DNA of 28,108 bases from a virus (taxonomy: Duplodnaviria > Heunggongvirae > Uroviricota > Caudoviricetes): the IMG/VR virus record IMGVR_UViG_2534682170_000012; one strand, 5' to 3'. Made by a program: the position numbers and the translations under genes. Below are positions 26,312 through 28,108 of this stretch, one piece after another; positions within the stretch are counted from its first letter, which is position 1, and each line of letters begins with the position of its first letter. Below the pieces are notes generated by a model, which saw only the letters and a list, made by a program, of their open reading frames with translations, was not told the DNA's origin and made no database searches.

Positions 26312-26322
26312 GTTTTAGATAA
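26297..26322. repeat. gix/hix-like recombination site, right
   Basis: TTCCTGTAAACCGAGGTTTTAGATAA; one mismatch to the Mu gix sequence as I remember it; inverted relative to the left site. Confidence 0.7.
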
Positions 26323-26376
26323 TGGCGGTTTCTGGCCTGCATGGCATGATTTGTGCTTTTGGACGGGAGATTCAGC

Positions 26377-26703
26377 GTGCTGATTGGCTATGTAAGGGTA
26401 TCAACAAATGACCAGAATACAGACCTGCAACGAAACGCTCTTGTTTGTGCAGGATGTGAACAAATATTTGAAGATAAATTAAGCGGAATAAGGACAGGCC
26501 GACCTGGATTAAAACGTGCTTTAAAGCGCCTTCAAAAAGGTGACGCACTGGTTGTCTGGAAACTGGACTGACTGGGTCACTGTATGCGGCATCTTGTCGT
26601 GCTGGTGGTGGAAGCCTGGAAGAAGTATCGGGTGTTGCTGAACCGTGTTAATACAACAACTGCACCGGATATTGAATGGCCAACAGGACCCATTATCGAA
26701 TAG
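26377..26703 (+). pseudogene. Serine DNA invertase (Gin/Hin/Pin/Cin family) pseudogene: premature stop after about 65 codons, decayed downstream part, C-terminal DNA-binding region missing
   Basis: GTG start with GGGAGA RBS; N-terminus LIGYVRVSTNDQNTDLQRNAL...LVVWKLD matches the invertase catalytic domain (Ser in VRVSTNDQ). In-frame TGA at 26569-26571 where the family has Arg. The same frame then reads [14 protein letters not shown], a degenerate version of LGRSMKHLISLVGE, and ends at TAG 26701-26703. Confidence 0.7.
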
Positions 26704-26714
26704 TGCATTACGAA

Positions 26715-26747
26715 CTGCAGGATATTATATGGGATAATATTCTGCAG
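26715..26747. terminator. Near-perfect 14-bp-arm hairpin (CTGCAGGATATTAT-atggg-ATAATATTCTGCAG) followed by a T-rich run
   Basis: Read directly; lies between the invertase remnant and the 3' end of the diguanylate cyclase gene. Confidence 0.4.
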
Positions 26748-26776
26748 TTTATTGGGGCTGTATTTTAAAAAGGTGT

Positions 26777-28108
26777 TTATTTTGAGTGAGTTATCACCTT
26801 GTTTTTTCCGGTTCTTTTGGCTTGATATAACGCTTTATCGGCATTGACTAACATTTCAGATGGACTGAGATTATTCTCTTTTGAAGTAAAGCAACCAATA
26901 CTGACAGTTATTTTCTCAGGTCCATGCGATAATAATTTTTCCGAGCATTGCTCTTCAATGTTTTTTCTGATTCGCTCTGCAATTGATAGCAAGAGCTTTT
27001 GAGTATTACCTTTAATGATAATACCGAACTCCTCACCGCCTAAGCGCCCTAATATATCCTCTTTCCTGATGGATTTTTTTATTATTCTGGTAACCATTAC
27101 TATGACTTGATCACCCATATGATGCCCCCATTTGTCATTGATGCTTTTGAAATTGTCAATATCTAACATTATTACTGAGAAATCATGGTGTTTTGATATA
27201 TTCTTCAATGAGTCAATAAAGTATCTTCTATTGTATGTATTCGTTAGTGGATCATGAATTGCCATATGATTAGCATGATTTAATTTCCTGAAAACATAAT
27301 ACATGAGTGTTGAAATGATATAAATCATTGATATCAATTCAAGAAATTTTGTCATGTACCATGCAGGATGGGATTTATCAATAAAATACAATAAAATTAG
27401 ATTATTGCATACTGACACTATACTAATAAGTATTATACACAACCATATTTTTGAGTAATTACGTATGCTGATGCATGAGCTGATAAGTAATACAAGCCAA
27501 AATACTGATATTATTTTGGTGTACACGATATTCCACGTCGGCAAATGACGATTCAGCGAGTATTGTATAATATTAAGACTATATTTTATATTGTCACTGC
27601 TTAGATTTTTTGCTACAAACGGAGTAATAAAAAGAATTAATATTGACAAAACAACAATTATTATGTTTCTTTTATCTTCTAAAACACTTTTGTTTTTAAC
27701 ATTGGTGGAATAAACAGCCAGAAAGATTATAGATATAAAGCTGAACTGACGGAATAGATAATATATTGCGATATCATTTGATTTCTGATAGATTGTAGAT
27801 AAATCGTTACCTAACGGAGATAAAGAAATAATAGCCACTTCTAATAAATAATACGTGTTGCTCAAAAACGCGAATGAAAGAATTAAGAGATAACTTTGTC
27901 TCTGATTAGAAACATAGTAAAGCAATAGAAAAATAAAAATCATCAGGTTTATGAAAAAAAGCCCAATAATGAAAACACTATAACTTATTTGTGTTGTTTG
28001 TGTTATGTATATTCCATTATTTGCATGCAGTAACAAAAATATAATAGAGATGCATGAAAATAAAAAGATGAAGATTTTTATTTTTATAGGTACCTGGTTG
28101 ATAATCAT
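26777..28108 (-). CDS. Membrane-bound diguanylate cyclase: multi-pass N-terminal membrane domain plus GGDEF domain (YcdT/DgcT-like architecture)
   Basis: C-terminal GGDEF domain with HDPLTNTYNRRYF, RLGGEEFGIII (GGEEF active-site motif) and DKALYQAKRTGKNKV. N-terminal half is highly hydrophobic and AT-rich. The ORF start codon is the last 3 nt of the window, so the true start may lie beyond it. Confidence 0.8.
   Translation of the reverse strand: MIINQVPIKIKIFIFLFSCISIIFLLLHANNGIYITQTTQISYSVFIIGLFFINLMIFIFLLLYYVSNQRQSYLLILSFAFLSNTYYLLEVAIISLSPLGNDLSTIYQKSNDIAIYYLFRQFSFISIIFLAVYSTNVKNKSVLEDKRNIIIVVLSILILFITPFVAKNLSSDNIKYSLNIIQYSLNRHLPTWNIVYTKIISVFWLVLLISSCISIRNYSKIWLCIILISIVSVCNNLILLYFIDKSHPAWYMTKFLELISMIYIISTLMYYVFRKLNHANHMAIHDPLTNTYNRRYFIDSLKNISKHHDFSVIMLDIDNFKSINDKWGHHMGDQVIVMVTRIIKKSIRKEDILGRLGGEEFGIIIKGNTQKLLLSIAERIRKNIEEQCSEKLLSHGPEKITVSIGCFTSKENNLSPSEMLVNADKALYQAKRTGKNKVITHSK

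Larger units (their letters stand above)
23193..26322. mobile_element. Invertible tail-fibre host-range segment (Mu G-segment / P1 C-segment type), about 3.1 kb
   Basis: Bounded by inverted gix-like sites; holds two alternative fibre C-termini and two Tfa genes in opposite orientations. Confidence 0.7.
1..28108. mobile_element. P2-like prophage (integrase through tail-fibre module); right boundary not resolved within the window
   Basis: Collinear P2-type gene order int-C-early operon-A-(cargo)-Q-P-O-N-M-L-X-lysis-R-S-V-W-J-I-H-G, recognised from the protein translations. The attachment sites are outside or unresolved. Confidence 0.85.

Noticed and set aside
26572-26703. Reading the post-stop invertase frame as a separate small gene
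   Set aside because: It is in frame with the upstream invertase fragment, retains degenerate similarity to it and lacks its own RBS, so it is best explained as the decayed continuation of the pseudogene.
1-28108. CRISPR arrays, tRNA or rRNA genes, and IS elements
   Set aside because: No regularly spaced direct repeats with unique spacers, no cloverleaf-like tRNA candidates and no transposase-like ORFs. The only recombinases are the phage integrase and the invertase remnant.

Overview
This window is the left-to-middle part of a P2-like (Peduovirus-type) temperate prophage from an enterobacterial genome, with a very AT-rich membrane GGDEF diguanylate cyclase gene at the right edge. Gene order follows the P2 map: integrase (1-1002, minus), a leftward lysogeny operon (HTH repressor plus two extra genes), a rightward early operon of small ORFs ending in the rolling-circle replication initiator gpA, then portal Q, large terminase P, scaffold O, capsid N, small terminase M, head completion L, tail X, a lysis cassette, tail completion R/S, baseplate V/W/J/I, tail fibre H and fibre chaperone G. 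Three things stand out. (1) Between gpA and the portal gene, in the position of the P2 tin/old cargo hotspot, sits a strongly AT-rich three-gene minus-strand operon (7794-10417): a protein with a GHKL/anti-sigma-kinase-like motif, a small STAS-like protein and a membrane protein. I propose it as a candidate undescribed partner-switching-type anti-phage or abortive-infection module. (2) The tail-fibre region is a Mu G-segment-like invertible cassette bounded by gix-like inverted repeats (23193-23218 and 26297-26322), but the adjacent serine invertase carries an in-frame stop and a decayed 3' part, so the fibre is probably locked. (3) The lysogeny operon carries two cargo genes between repressor and integrase, and a duplicated peptide motif links the repressor C-terminus to the next protein. 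No tRNA, rRNA or CRISPR array was seen. No tail sheath, tube, tape-measure, D or ogr genes occur in the window. All calls rest on reading the sequence and ORF translations and on remembered family signatures; no database search was run.
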